From NCBI GenBank assembly GCA_017935905.1, contig JAGBGO010000064.1:28596-92595 (forward strand): 64,000 bases of DNA, given 5' to 3'. Under the pieces are notes generated by a model, which saw only the letters and a program-made list of their open reading frames with translations, was not told where the DNA came from and searched no databases. This document shows positions 38,256-48,306 of this stretch, piece after piece (the first letter of the stretch is position 1; each line of letters opens with the position of its first letter). The DNA is from Clostridia bacterium (GTDB lineage Bacteria > Bacillota > Clostridia > UBA1212 > UBA1255). The translations under genes and the position numbers were made by a program.

Positions 38256-38315
38256 TTGACAATGTTTGATGTTTGTGCTATTATGTTATCACTTTAGCAG
38301 AGTAAATTGCTAAAG
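38256..38315 (+). promoter_or_regulatory. Promoter (TTGACA, 17-nt spacer, TATTAT) followed by a perfect 8-bp-arm palindrome CTTTAGCA-N8-TGCTAAAG
   Basis: Read directly from the sequence. The palindrome sits in the 5' leader of the first amino-acid ABC operon and is a candidate operator. Confidence 0.5.
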
Positions 38316-38338
38316 GATTTATTTTTGAAAGGAAGTAT

Positions 38339-39241
38339 TTGAATATGAAACGTGTAGGTTCTATGATTTTGGCTATCGTTATGGTATTGGCCATTGGCGT
38401 ATCTATGGCAGGATGCAGCGGAGAAGTGAAATTGAATTTCGGTAAAGAGTTGGTTGGCGTAACTTCCCAGTTGGACGCGCTGAACGGTTTGAAGAAAGGC
38501 GATGCAGATATCGCAGTCATCGACTCTGTTATGGCAGGTTACTATATGAACCAAACGGAAGAATTTAAAGATTACCAAGTTTTGGACAGCGTTGTATTTG
38601 CAGAAGAGCAATACGGTATCGCTGCCAAGAAAGGTAATGAAGCGTTGATGTCCAAAATCAACGAAGCAATCATCGCTTTGGTAGACACTGATTACAAGAC
38701 TGTAGCAGGCAAGTACGGTTTGACCACTGAACTTTTGGTAAAGGCTGACACACAGAATCCTTACGCAAGTGCTACGGACAATTCTTGGAACGACGTCGTT
38801 GCTGATAAGGAACTGATCATTGGTTATACCTTGTTTGCACCCATTGCGTATGAAGAAGGCGACGGCGCTGACAAGAAATTGGTAGGTTTTGATATTGAGC
38901 TTGCAGAAGCTGTTGTGAAGTATCTCAACGCCACGTACGAGACAGAAGTAAAGGTTACTTTCATGGTGATCGACTGGAACTCCAAAGAAGCAATGTTGGA
39001 GAATGGTACCATCGATCTTGTATGGAACGGTATGACCATTACGCAAGAGCGTGAAGCCGGTATGACCATTTCCGTACCGTACCTTGCAAACAAGCAAGTA
39101 GCCGTTATCGCAAAGGCAGATGCTGAGAAATACAACGCTGCAGACTATGATGAATTTGTAGAGCTTACCGCAGACGCCCTCATCACCGTTGAGAAAGGTT
39201 CTGCCGGTGAAGGCATCGTTGTAGACGCAGACGAAGAATAA
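38339..39241 (+). CDS. Amino-acid ABC transporter substrate-binding lipoprotein (PBP family 3)
   Basis: Lipobox SMAGCSG. Family-3 SBP motifs (DIAVIDSVMAGYYMNQ, GYTLFAPIAYEE, DLVWNGMTIT). Confidence 0.75.
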   Translation: MNMKRVGSMILAIVMVLAIGVSMAGCSGEVKLNFGKELVGVTSQLDALNGLKKGDADIAVIDSVMAGYYMNQTEEFKDYQVLDSVVFAEEQYGIAAKKGNEALMSKINEAIIALVDTDYKTVAGKYGLTTELLVKADTQNPYASATDNSWNDVVADKELIIGYTLFAPIAYEEGDGADKKLVGFDIELAEAVVKYLNATYETEVKVTFMVIDWNSKEAMLENGTIDLVWNGMTITQEREAGMTISVPYLANKQVAVIAKADAEKYNAADYDEFVELTADALITVEKGSAGEGIVVDADEE

Positions 39242-39274
39242 GGAAATATTTAGAAGGAAAGTATTTAGATATTT

Positions 39275-39961
39275 ATGGATTTTTGGGGCGTAATTTTTGA
39301 TCTTTGCCAGGGCTTCAGTGTTACACTGAAGCTCTTTGCGCTGACTTTGGTATTTGCAATCCCGTTGGGATTTATATTGGCGTTTCTTTCTATGGTTAAA
39401 TTCAAGCCGATCAGTTTCTTAACGAAGGTTTTTATTTGGATCATTCGGGGAACGCCCCTTTTGCTGCAATGTTTGTTGGTGACGTTTATTCCGTCCATGG
39501 TTTTTGACATTCCCAATAAGGATTTCCAATCTATGCTGGGGCTGCGCACTATGGCAGATTTGCAGTTCACGTTTGTATTGATTGCTTTTGTGATCAACTA
39601 CGCTTGCTATTTTGCCGTTATCATTGAAGGCGGTATTAAGAACGTATCCATCGGTCAGCACGAAGCGGGAAAAGTCTTAGGTATGACCAAAGGCCAGATC
39701 TTCCGACACGTTATTTTAATGCAGGTGGTTCGGAAGATTACGGCGCCTATGAGCAACGAAATCATTACGCTGGTGAAAGATACGGCACTGGCCCGTGCTT
39801 TGAGCGTAATCGAAATCATCGCCATTGCCTTTGAGAAAGTTAATAAATATGCGGTGCTCAGTCCGCTGCTTTACACCAGCTTGTTCTATTTGGCATTCAG
39901 CGGTGTACTCACCATTCTTTTCCACTACATAGAAAAGAAACTCAGTTATTATTCGGTGTAA
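39275..39961 (+). CDS. Amino-acid ABC transporter permease (His/Gln/Glu/Arg family)
   Basis: EAA loop region (GMTKGQIFRHVILMQVVRKITAPMSNEIITLVKDTAL). Confidence 0.8.
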   Translation: MDFWGVIFDLCQGFSVTLKLFALTLVFAIPLGFILAFLSMVKFKPISFLTKVFIWIIRGTPLLLQCLLVTFIPSMVFDIPNKDFQSMLGLRTMADLQFTFVLIAFVINYACYFAVIIEGGIKNVSIGQHEAGKVLGMTKGQIFRHVILMQVVRKITAPMSNEIITLVKDTALARALSVIEIIAIAFEKVNKYAVLSPLLYTSLFYLAFSGVLTILFHYIEKKLSYYSV

Positions 39962-39979
39962 GAAGGGGAGGTACGTGTC

Positions 39980-40777
39980 ATGAATATGTTAGAAGTTCAA
40001 AATCTTACCAAATCCTTCGGCAGCCACCAGGTGCTCAAAGGTGTATCTTTCTCCCTGAAACAAGGCGAAGTACTGGTTATTATCGGTTCTTCCGGCAGCG
40101 GCAAGACCACGCTCCTGCGTTGTCTGAATTTTTTGGAGCAGGCGGACGGGGGCAGCATTTCCGTAGGGGATGAGGAGATTTTTAATGCGTCAGGTAAAAT
40201 GAATTTAAGTGACCACGCCATGCGAGATCGCCGATTGCATTTCGGACTCGTTTTCCAGTCCTTTAACTTGTTCCCCCAACATACCGTTTTGAAGAATGTG
40301 ACTTTGGCGCCAACGTTGTACCAGACCGCGCAACTTAAGAAAGCGAAAGCCGGACGCAATGCTATTAAAGAGGCGAAAGCGGCAATCGAAACTCAAGGTC
40401 GCGCACTGCTTGAAATGGTAGGACTTTCTGAGAAAGTGGACGAATATCCATGCAGACTGTCCGGCGGACAGCAACAGCGTGTTGCCATTGCCAGAGCCCT
40501 TGCATTAAACCCGGATATTTTATGCTTTGACGAACCTACGTCGGCGCTGGATCCGGAATTGACAGGTGAAGTACTTCGGGTTATTCGTTCCTTGAAAGAC
40601 CAGGGAAGAACCATGGTGGTAGTCACCCACGAAATGGAATTTGCCCGTGGCGTTGCAGATCACGTAATCTATATGGCGGACGGTATTATTGAAGAAGAAG
40701 GCACACCGGAGGAAGTATTCGGAAGTCCCAAATCAGAGAAAACCAAAGCCTTTTTGGCGGCAGGTTACAATCGGTAA
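39980..40777 (+). CDS. Amino-acid ABC transporter ATP-binding protein
   Basis: Walker [10 protein letters not shown], signature [15 protein letters not shown], Walker [13 protein letters not shown]. Confidence 0.85.
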   Translation: MNMLEVQNLTKSFGSHQVLKGVSFSLKQGEVLVIIGSSGSGKTTLLRCLNFLEQADGGSISVGDEEIFNASGKMNLSDHAMRDRRLHFGLVFQSFNLFPQHTVLKNVTLAPTLYQTAQLKKAKAGRNAIKEAKAAIETQGRALLEMVGLSEKVDEYPCRLSGGQQQRVAIARALALNPDILCFDEPTSALDPELTGEVLRVIRSLKDQGRTMVVVTHEMEFARGVADHVIYMADGIIEEEGTPEEVFGSPKSEKTKAFLAAGYNR

Positions 40778-40784
40778 AGTGATA

Positions 40785-40813
40785 TTGACATTTTACCGGT
40801 TGGGCGATACAAT
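40785..40813 (+). promoter_or_regulatory. Sigma-A promoter: TTGACA, 17-nt spacer, TACAAT
   Basis: Near-consensus hexamers upstream of the second ABC operon. Confidence 0.55.
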
Positions 40814-40880
40814 ATATACGCATTTTGTTAATATTAATGCATAAATATACCTTTGAAGGTAAGAAAGAGAGTGTTAAACT

Positions 40881-41630
40881 ATGAAGAAGTTATTTGCAAT
40901 TGTTTTATGTCTTGCAATGGTATTCAGCTTTGCTGCTTGCGGTGGCGAGAAGGACGATGACAAGCCGGTTTTGAAGATGGCGACCAACGCATACTTCCAG
41001 CCCTATGAATATTACGAGGGCGACAAGATTATCGGTATTGATGCTGAAATTGCTGAAGCAATCGCTGACAAGTTGGGTATGAAATTGGAAATCAAAGATA
41101 TGGAGTTTGACTCTATTATCACCGCGGTTCAGGAAGGTTCCGTTGATTTCGGTATGGCCGGTATGACCGTACGGGAAGACCGTTTGGAGAAAGTGGATTT
41201 CACCACCAGCTATGCAAACGGCAAGCAGGTTGTTATCGTAAAAGAGAACTCTGCAATTACTTCTGTAGATGATTTGTTTGCAGAAGGTGCTACCTGGAAG
41301 GCAGGCGTACAGCTTGGCACCACCGGTGATATCTATGCTACCGATGATTTGGGTGAAGACCGCGTTACTTCTTACAACAATGCAAACAGTGCCGTTCTTG
41401 CTTTAATTGCAGGCGACGTTGACTGTGTTGTCATTGACAATGAGCCGGCCAAAGCATTGGTCAATGCCAATGAAGGTTTGAAAATTCTGGAAGCTACTTA
41501 TGCGGATGAAGACTATGCAATCTGCGTAAAGAAGGGCAACACTGAGCTTTTGGACAAAATCAACGCAGCCATTGACGAATTGGTTGAAGACGGTACCATT
41601 GATACGATCATTAACAAGTATATTAAATAA
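40881..41630 (+). CDS. Amino-acid ABC transporter substrate-binding lipoprotein (second system)
   Basis: Lipobox SFAACGG and family-3 SBP core motifs. Confidence 0.75.
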   Translation: MKKLFAIVLCLAMVFSFAACGGEKDDDKPVLKMATNAYFQPYEYYEGDKIIGIDAEIAEAIADKLGMKLEIKDMEFDSIITAVQEGSVDFGMAGMTVREDRLEKVDFTTSYANGKQVVIVKENSAITSVDDLFAEGATWKAGVQLGTTGDIYATDDLGEDRVTSYNNANSAVLALIAGDVDCVVIDNEPAKALVNANEGLKILEATYADEDYAICVKKGNTELLDKINAAIDELVEDGTIDTIINKYIK

Positions 41631-41654
41631 TCCATTTTGATAATCAACGATTGA

Positions 41655-41706
41655 AACAAGCCGGAGACGGTATCACATGAAGATGGATACGGTTCCGGCT
41701 TGTGTT
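41655..41706 (+). terminator. Long imperfect hairpin followed by a T-run (intrinsic terminator or attenuator) between the SBP and permease genes
   Basis: aagccggagacggtatc...gatacggttccggctt followed by gtgttttta. Confidence 0.5.
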
Positions 41707-41731
41707 TTTATAGCGAGTAAGGGATGAGCCC

Positions 41732-43168
41732 ATGAAGCCAAAAGATAGAAAAAAGAAATTGCTCATAGAAGCAGGTGTAATTGCCCTGATTGTCGTTGTT
41801 TTCGCAGTAGTTGTTTTGGTAGACACGTTTAAGTTTAAAAACACCTATTCTTTGAAAGCCGATGAAGCGCAAGAAATTCTCAGTCAAACCTTAGCACTGA
41901 TTCCGAAAAAACAGTCGAAGACTGCCAATGGGATTGTAGACAGAACCCATTTTACCGTGAAATCTGTAGAAGCGGGAGAGACGCGTGAGCAAATCCTGCA
42001 TTGCGAATATGAAACGGTGGACGTGTTGGGGTTATATAACCAATACAAAAATGAATGGTTTGCGGATGCGTACGCATATTATTACAGCGAGACCAATCAG
42101 TCTATGGTCAATTCTGCAAAAGTTCGTCAGTACATGGATGAACAACTTTTAGCCAAACTGGATGAAGCTGAAACAAAAAGCGGCAGCATTGATATTCACG
42201 TCTATGAGCTTCAAAATAAGCCGGAAGGAGATGCCTACGTTATTTCTCATGCAGGCACGCTGTTCCGTATTTATCTAAGTAACGATGCATTGAATGGCGT
42301 TTTCGGCGGTATGGTGACGGTCTCGGACGACATTAAAAATACAAAAACCATTGACTACAATGGCCAGTCTGTGGATATTGAGAAGAAGAATACCATTCGC
42401 ACCGGTCTTGCAGACTGTTTTGGCTTAAATAATTTCAGTAGTGCAAAGCCGGATGCTTCCCCTTATTTTGTCAGCCTTTGGAACGACTTCTGTGATGATT
42501 TCTATCTGAACTTTATTAAAGGTGCTAAGTGGACGTACTTGGCAAAGGGTTTGATCACCACTTTGGAAATCACCTTGCTGTCCGCACTTTTGGGTGTGCT
42601 TCTTGGCTTTATTTGTGCCATCATCCGCGTCACCCACGATAAGACGGGGAAGATGATGATTCCCGACCAAATTGTGCGTGTGTACTTATCCATTATCCGC
42701 GGCACCCCGGTGATGATCCAGCTATTGATCATTTACTTCGTTATCCTGCTTCCTGCAGGGGTTGCCAAGTTCCCCTCTGCAGTGATCTGTTTTGCGTTGA
42801 ACTCAGGTGCATACGTAGCTGAAATTGTCCGTGGCGGTATTATGTCTGTAGATAACGGTCAGATTGAAGCGGGCCGTTCTTTGGGATTGAATTACATTCA
42901 AACCATGTACCACATCGTGGTACCGCAAGCATTCAAAGCGGTGCTTCCGTCTTTGGCCAATGAATTTATTACCTTGCTGAAAGAGTCTTCCGTCGCCTTC
43001 TACATCGGCGTTGCAGACTTAACCCAAGGCGGTTTGAAAATTCGATCCATTACGTACAGCAACTTTATGCCTTTGATTGCCGTTGCGGTGATTTACTTTA
43101 TCATCGTAATGATCCTGACCAAACTGGTGAAGATTCTGGAAAGGAGATTGCGGAAAGATGAACGATAA
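41732..43168 (+). CDS. Amino-acid ABC transporter permease with an ~250-aa N-terminal extracytoplasmic extension
   Basis: One N-terminal TM, then a ~230-aa soluble domain of unknown function, then a canonical polar-amino-acid permease core (EAA region [11 protein letters not shown]...). Confidence 0.75.
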   Translation: MKPKDRKKKLLIEAGVIALIVVVFAVVVLVDTFKFKNTYSLKADEAQEILSQTLALIPKKQSKTANGIVDRTHFTVKSVEAGETREQILHCEYETVDVLGLYNQYKNEWFADAYAYYYSETNQSMVNSAKVRQYMDEQLLAKLDEAETKSGSIDIHVYELQNKPEGDAYVISHAGTLFRIYLSNDALNGVFGGMVTVSDDIKNTKTIDYNGQSVDIEKKNTIRTGLADCFGLNNFSSAKPDASPYFVSLWNDFCDDFYLNFIKGAKWTYLAKGLITTLEITLLSALLGVLLGFICAIIRVTHDKTGKMMIPDQIVRVYLSIIRGTPVMIQLLIIYFVILLPAGVAKFPSAVICFALNSGAYVAEIVRGGIMSVDNGQIEAGRSLGLNYIQTMYHIVVPQAFKAVLPSLANEFITLLKESSVAFYIGVADLTQGGLKIRSITYSNFMPLIAVAVIYFIIVMILTKLVKILERRLRKDER

Positions 43169-43901
43169 TATTATGATTCAAGTAGACGATCTGAAGAAAC
43201 ATTATTTAGACGGAAAAGTAAAGGCTTTAGACGGCGTTTCCGTGTCCATTTACAAAGGGGACGTAGTTGCCATCATCGGTCCTTCCGGTTCCGGTAAATC
43301 CACGCTTTTGCGGTCGTTGAATTTATTGGAAGAACCCACGGACGGTCATATCTATTTTGAAGGTGTAGACATTACGGACAAAAAAGTCAATATTAACGTA
43401 CACCGTCAGAAGATGGGGATGGTGTTCCAACAGTTCAACCTTTTTCCTCATATGACCGTACTGAAGAACATGACGCTGGCACCGGTGAAATTGTTAAAGA
43501 TTTCTGAGACCCAGGCGAAAGAAAGGGCTATGAAATTATTGGAGCGTGTAGGGCTTGCGGATCGCGCCGGCGCTTATCCGGCTCAGCTTTCCGGTGGTCA
43601 GAAACAGCGTGTAGCCATTATGCGTGCCCTTTGCATGCAACCTACCGTTATGCTCTTTGACGAACCTACCTCCGCCTTGGATCCCGAAATGGTGGGAGAG
43701 GTTCTGGACGTTATGAAGGAACTGGCGCTGGGCGGTATGACTATGGCGGTGGTAACCCACGAGATGGGCTTTGCCAGAGAAGTTGCCAACCGTGTCATTT
43801 TTATGGAAAACGGCAAGATCGTGGAAGAGGGGAGTCCTTCTGAGATATTCGACCATCCGAAGAGTGAAAGACTGCAGAGTTTCCTTGCGAAGGTTTTGTG
43901 A
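43158..43901 (+). CDS. Amino-acid ABC transporter ATP-binding protein (second system)
   Basis: Walker [10 protein letters not shown], signature [15 protein letters not shown], Walker [12 protein letters not shown]. Confidence 0.85.
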   Translation: MNDNIMIQVDDLKKHYLDGKVKALDGVSVSIYKGDVVAIIGPSGSGKSTLLRSLNLLEEPTDGHIYFEGVDITDKKVNINVHRQKMGMVFQQFNLFPHMTVLKNMTLAPVKLLKISETQAKERAMKLLERVGLADRAGAYPAQLSGGQKQRVAIMRALCMQPTVMLFDEPTSALDPEMVGEVLDVMKELALGGMTMAVVTHEMGFAREVANRVIFMENGKIVEEGSPSEIFDHPKSERLQSFLAKVL

Positions 43902-44091
43902 AATCCTAGATTTGAAGCGGTTTTTGAACGGATTCTAAACGGCATTCTATTGCCGGTAGAGTCCGTTTCTTCTTTCTCTACCCGGAACTTTTGTCACGGT
44001 GTACAGCCGTGGACAGCGGGTAGGTTGCGATTTTTCGGTAAAATATCGTATAATATGTTTTGCTTAGATTCAGTTGACGGAGGAAACAATT

Positions 44092-45912
44092 ATGCATACA
44101 AAGGCTCAAAATAATGAGATTCCTATTTTCTTTGCAGTGGATGACCGCTATGTTCCGTACTTAGCAACGGCGATGCGTTCCATGATGGATAATGCATCGA
44201 AAGCCTATAAATACCGTGTATACATTTTGATTGACGCGCTGAGTGCACAGCATCGAGCTAACTTATTAGGGATGCAGAACGAACATTTTACCGTTGATTT
44301 TGTGAACGTAGGTGAGCAGCTGAACCGTCTGGGCACGAAGCTCCACATGCGGGACTATTACACCAAAGCGACCTACTATCGTTTCTTTATTCCGGAACTG
44401 TTCCCTCAATATGATAAAGGCCTGTACTTAGATTGCGACATCGTCGTACTAGGCGATATTGCCCAATTGTATCACTACGAACTGCAAGATAATTTGGTGG
44501 GCGGCATTCAAGAAGAAGTTATGTCGATTCCCGTGTTTGGTACGTATTCCGAAGTTGTGTTAGGCGTTCCTCGGGACAAATATTTTAACGCCGGCATCCT
44601 TTTGATGAATTTGGCGGAGATGCGCCGTATCCAAATTGACAAAGCGTTGGTGCGCCTGATGCATCCGTATCAGTTCTGCGTTGCTCAGGACCAGGATTAT
44701 TTGAACGTGCTTTGCTATGAGAAAAGCGTACAAATTCCGCTTTCTTGGAACAAAACGGCGTTCCCGGATTCGGACAAAGGCGAACGGCCTAATCTTGTCC
44801 ATTTTAAGATTAACTTTAAGCCGTGGCACTACAAAGGCACTGCTTTCGAAGACGACTTCTGGCACTATGCTGCGCAGACGCAATATTATGACGTGCTTCT
44901 TGCAGAGCGGGACGGATATACTCCGGAGCAAATTGCCATCGACGAGAAACAATATAACGGTCTGGTTGCCCTTGCGCAAGCGGAGACAGAAAAGGCTCAG
45001 CTTGAGGGCTATCAGTTGCCTACCCGTTTGTCCATACGCAACGTGGAAGAAGAAGCAAAACGCGTGCCGGAGAAATCTTCCGACCGCCTTGTGATCTTAG
45101 AGCGCATTGCAGAGTTAGAGCGAAAAGGGTTGTTTGATCAGGATGTAGAGAACGATCCGCCTACGCGTCCCATCGCGCCGGGTGAAGTGGATTACTTAGG
45201 CAAGAAATGGACGACGCGGGTGAAAACCCGTATTGCAAACCGTGTTGCCAAGAAGTATTTTGACGGCTGCATTGAGCGCGGTGAGTTAGTCATTAAAGCG
45301 GTCCACGGCATTGAAAATTATCTTTCTGTGGCGGACGGCGGTGCTATGATTACCTGCAACCATTTTAATCCCTTTGATAACTATGCCGTATATAAAGTGA
45401 TCGAGCCTTATTTGGGCAAGAAACGGTTATATAAAGTCATTCGTGAAGGTAACTACACTTCTTTTGGCGGACTTTACGGATTCTTCTTCCGCAATTGCAA
45501 TACGCTCCCGCTTTGTACTTCCATTGCTGTATGGCGGGAGATGTTAGGTGCTGTTGCTACTTTGCTCAAGCGCGGTGAGAAGATTTTGATTTATCCGGAG
45601 CAGGGGATGTGGTGGAATTACCGCAAACCCCGTCCGTTAAAGAGCGGTGCTTTCCAGTTTGCAGTAAAAGCCGGTGTGCCGGTACTTCCAATGTTTATTT
45701 CTATGGAAGATACGGATCGGGTTGGCGCAGATGGTTTCCCCATTCAAGCATACACGGTTCACGTGTTGCCGCCGATCTATCCGGATCCTACGAAGAGCAG
45801 TAAAGAGAACATCAAACGGATGTGCGAAGAGAACTACCAGGTTTGGAAGGAAACCTATGAGACGGTGTACGGCGAGCCGCTTACGTATACCACTGAATCC
45901 GGGGAGGCATAA
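44092..45912 (+). CDS. Fusion of a GT8-family glycosyltransferase (N-terminal) with a 1-acyl-sn-glycerol-3-phosphate acyltransferase-like (PlsC/LPLAT) domain (C-terminal)
   Basis: GT8 motifs (FAVDDRY, YLDCDIVVLGDI, NAGILLMNL, KPWH). The C-terminal half has the acyltransferase HxxxxD box (NHFNPFD) and YPEQGMWW...LKSGAFQFAVKAGVPVLP. SD ggagga lies 8 nt before the ATG at 44092. Confidence 0.65.
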   Translation: MHTKAQNNEIPIFFAVDDRYVPYLATAMRSMMDNASKAYKYRVYILIDALSAQHRANLLGMQNEHFTVDFVNVGEQLNRLGTKLHMRDYYTKATYYRFFIPELFPQYDKGLYLDCDIVVLGDIAQLYHYELQDNLVGGIQEEVMSIPVFGTYSEVVLGVPRDKYFNAGILLMNLAEMRRIQIDKALVRLMHPYQFCVAQDQDYLNVLCYEKSVQIPLSWNKTAFPDSDKGERPNLVHFKINFKPWHYKGTAFEDDFWHYAAQTQYYDVLLAERDGYTPEQIAIDEKQYNGLVALAQAETEKAQLEGYQLPTRLSIRNVEEEAKRVPEKSSDRLVILERIAELERKGLFDQDVENDPPTRPIAPGEVDYLGKKWTTRVKTRIANRVAKKYFDGCIERGELVIKAVHGIENYLSVADGGAMITCNHFNPFDNYAVYKVIEPYLGKKRLYKVIREGNYTSFGGLYGFFFRNCNTLPLCTSIAVWREMLGAVATLLKRGEKILIYPEQGMWWNYRKPRPLKSGAFQFAVKAGVPVLPMFISMEDTDRVGADGFPIQAYTVHVLPPIYPDPTKSSKENIKRMCEENYQVWKETYETVYGEPLTYTTESGEA

Positions 45913-45914
45913 TT

Positions 45915-46469
45915 TTGCTGTACGTTGTTGTCATTCTCCTGGCGAATCTGCTGATTATTCTTGGAAATTTGCTTTGCACCGGCGATTGGGGCGCCTGGCT
46001 CTACGTTTGCGGATGTTCCGTGATGGCGACCCTGTGTGTCATTGCAGTGGACGGGCTTACGGCTTTCTTGATCCGCAGATTTCCGGAAAAGTGGTTTCGC
46101 CCCGGTCTTGCTTTGTACGAGGTTTCTTCCAAGGAACGGAAATTTTATCAAAAACTTGGAGTTAAATCCTGGAAAGATAAAGTCCCTGAACTGGGATTAT
46201 TTACCGGTTTCCACAAAAGCCATTTGGCGGCGCCTAAAGATGCCACTTACTTGGGTCGTTTTCTCTTGGAATCTAATTACGGTGTCGTCATTCACTGGAT
46301 CAACGCTTTGTTTGGCTTTTTGATTCTGGCGATTCCCGGTCTTGGTGGCATTTCCTGCACGTTGCCGGTTGCTTTGGTCAATTTTGTGCTGAGTTTAATG
46401 CCGGCGATGATTCTCCGGTACAATACGCCGGGATTGCTTCGCCTGTACAGAAGAGCGCAGGGGGCGTAA
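45915..46469 (+). CDS. CrtO-like membrane acyltransferase (glycosyl-4,4'-diaponeurosporenoate acyltransferase family)
   Basis: 184-aa membrane protein with FPEKWFRPGL...KERKFYQKLGVKSWKDKVP...VVIHWINALFGFLILAI, resembling the CrtO family. Confidence 0.45.
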   Translation: MLYVVVILLANLLIILGNLLCTGDWGAWLYVCGCSVMATLCVIAVDGLTAFLIRRFPEKWFRPGLALYEVSSKERKFYQKLGVKSWKDKVPELGLFTGFHKSHLAAPKDATYLGRFLLESNYGVVIHWINALFGFLILAIPGLGGISCTLPVALVNFVLSLMPAMILRYNTPGLLRLYRRAQGA

Positions 46470-46518
46470 TGGACTTCTATGATAGTATCAATAAAAAGTT
46501 AAGAAATGGTTTTGCGCA

Positions 46519-47547
46519 GTGAAGAATAGTATTATCCCTTATATAAAAGACCAAATTGCACGTCATCCCGGTATGCAATCCCGGGATATTTTAAAGATGT
46601 GCTATCAAGGCGCATACGGTGGAGATCATTTACTGACAGACATAGCGAAAGCAAAAGATTATTTTGATCAAGAGTTTGGTAGTGTTATACCAAATGATGA
46701 GCCTTTACACGAATTGATTTCTCCGGAAATGGCTCGAATAAACTTGCGGGCTTGGAAGAAGGCAGGACTCCCGGGAGAATGGCTTTTTCGCCTTTTTACC
46801 CTTTCTGTCGGGATGCCTAAGACCGGAAATCTGCGTACGTATTTGGACGAGGCGGAAACCTTGAATTTCCCCGGATTTCGTGAGGCTCGTGTGGAATATG
46901 AACAACAAGGTTGCCCCGGTGTGCACCACAGTGACGTATATCGGAAGCTGGAGCAACCGGCCTATCGGGTGGTGAATCGCCGATTACTTAGGCTGATTCC
47001 GGTTTTGAAACAGGCTACACTTGTAGAAGGGGAGCGTCCCCACGTGCTTGCTATCGACGGACGCGCAGCTTCCGGAAAGACGACCATGGCAGAACAGTTG
47101 GCCTATATTTTGAATGGCACTGTGATTCATCTGGATCACTTCTTCTTGCCGCCGGAACTTCGTACACAGGCGCGATTGGATGAACCCGGCGGGAATATTC
47201 ATTACGAGCGTTTCAAAGAGGAAGTACTTCCGTATTTGCGTAGTGCAACGTCTTTCTCCTATCGCCGATTTGATTGCAGCCAAATGAAATATGGTGAGCC
47301 TGTGACCGTGCCGGAGAAGCCGTGGCGTATTGTAGAAGGCAGTTACAGCTTGCATCCTGCTTTCGGACCGTATGCGGACGTTACCGTATTTTCACACGTA
47401 GATCAAGACGAGCAAGCTCGGCGGATTCTTGCAAGAGACGGAGCCGCTTTTGCGCAAGTTTTCCGGGAACGATGGATTCCATTGGAAGAAAAATACTTTT
47501 CTGCATATCCCGTTGAGCAAGCGGCAGACGTTCGGTGTGCCAACTAG
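46519..47547 (+). CDS. P-loop nucleoside/nucleotide kinase (uridine-kinase/NadR-like fold) with an N-terminal domain of unknown function. It is a candidate ribosylnicotinamide kinase, given the adjacent pnuC.
   Basis: Walker A LAIDGRAASGKTT in the C-terminal half. The N-terminal ~170 aa were not recognised. Confidence 0.5.
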   Translation: MKNSIIPYIKDQIARHPGMQSRDILKMCYQGAYGGDHLLTDIAKAKDYFDQEFGSVIPNDEPLHELISPEMARINLRAWKKAGLPGEWLFRLFTLSVGMPKTGNLRTYLDEAETLNFPGFREARVEYEQQGCPGVHHSDVYRKLEQPAYRVVNRRLLRLIPVLKQATLVEGERPHVLAIDGRAASGKTTMAEQLAYILNGTVIHLDHFFLPPELRTQARLDEPGGNIHYERFKEEVLPYLRSATSFSYRRFDCSQMKYGEPVTVPEKPWRIVEGSYSLHPAFGPYADVTVFSHVDQDEQARRILARDGAAFAQVFRERWIPLEEKYFSAYPVEQAADVRCAN

Positions 47548-47572
47548 GGGTGAAAACGTTTAACGGTCAGGT

Positions 47573-47601
47573 TTGCAACCCCCTTCCGGCTGTGTTATAA
47601 T
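47573..47601 (+). promoter_or_regulatory. Sigma-A promoter: TTGCAA, 17-nt spacer, extended -10 TGTgtTATAAT
   Basis: Directly upstream of pnuC. Confidence 0.5.
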
Positions 47602-47610
47602 ACCGCCGTT

Positions 47611-48306
47611 ATGCGTACACCTTTTCATGATTTAAGTAAATTTGAACGTTTTTTGTGGGGGATTTCCTTGCTGGTGATCGTCGCTTCCTTCGTGCTGTCC
47701 GGTGGCGGGGACTGGCTGTCGGCCATTGCCTCTTTAATTGGCGTGACCGCCCTGATCTTTGTGGCAAAGGGATATGTAATCGGACAGGTGCTCACCGTGG
47801 TCTTCGCTGTCTTCTACGGCTTGATTTCTTTCTACTTCGGCTACTACGGTGAAATGCTGACGTATCTTTGTATGACGGCGCCTATTGCAATCGCTGCGAT
47901 CGTATCCTGGATGCGCCATCCATTTAAAGGCACCAAAGAAGTAGAAGTGGGAGATTTGAAGTTCAAAATGGTAGTCATTTTGTTTGTTTTGGCGCTTCTG
48001 ACCACGTTCGTATTCTACTGGATTTTGAAATGGCTTCATACTACCAATTTAATCATCAGCACCATTTCCGTCACCACCAGTTTCCTGGCAGTGGGACTAA
48101 CGGTGCTTCGAAGCCCTTATTATGCTTTGGCGTATGGTGCTAACGATATTGTACTAATCGTATTGTGGGTGCTTGCTACCCTGGAAAATATTTCCTATCT
48201 GCCTATGGTACTTTGTTTCGTGATGTTCCTTGCCAATGACCTGTATGGTTTCTATAATTGGTGTCGCATGCGAAAAGGGCAGCGAAAGGCTTTATCGGTA
48301 ATGTAG
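47611..48306 (+). CDS. pnuC: Nicotinamide riboside transporter PnuC family
   Basis: 231 aa with ~7 TM and the PnuC N-terminal pattern (FERFLWGISLLVIVASFVLS...WLSAIASLIGV). Confidence 0.7.
   Translation: MRTPFHDLSKFERFLWGISLLVIVASFVLSGGGDWLSAIASLIGVTALIFVAKGYVIGQVLTVVFAVFYGLISFYFGYYGEMLTYLCMTAPIAIAAIVSWMRHPFKGTKEVEVGDLKFKMVVILFVLALLTTFVFYWILKWLHTTNLIISTISVTTSFLAVGLTVLRSPYYALAYGANDIVLIVLWVLATLENISYLPMVLCFVMFLANDLYGFYNWCRMRKGQRKALSVM

Noticed and set aside
43939-43985. Possible terminator after the second ABC ATPase gene
   Set aside because: Only short 5-6-bp stems are present and there is no contiguous T-tract. It is too weak to call.
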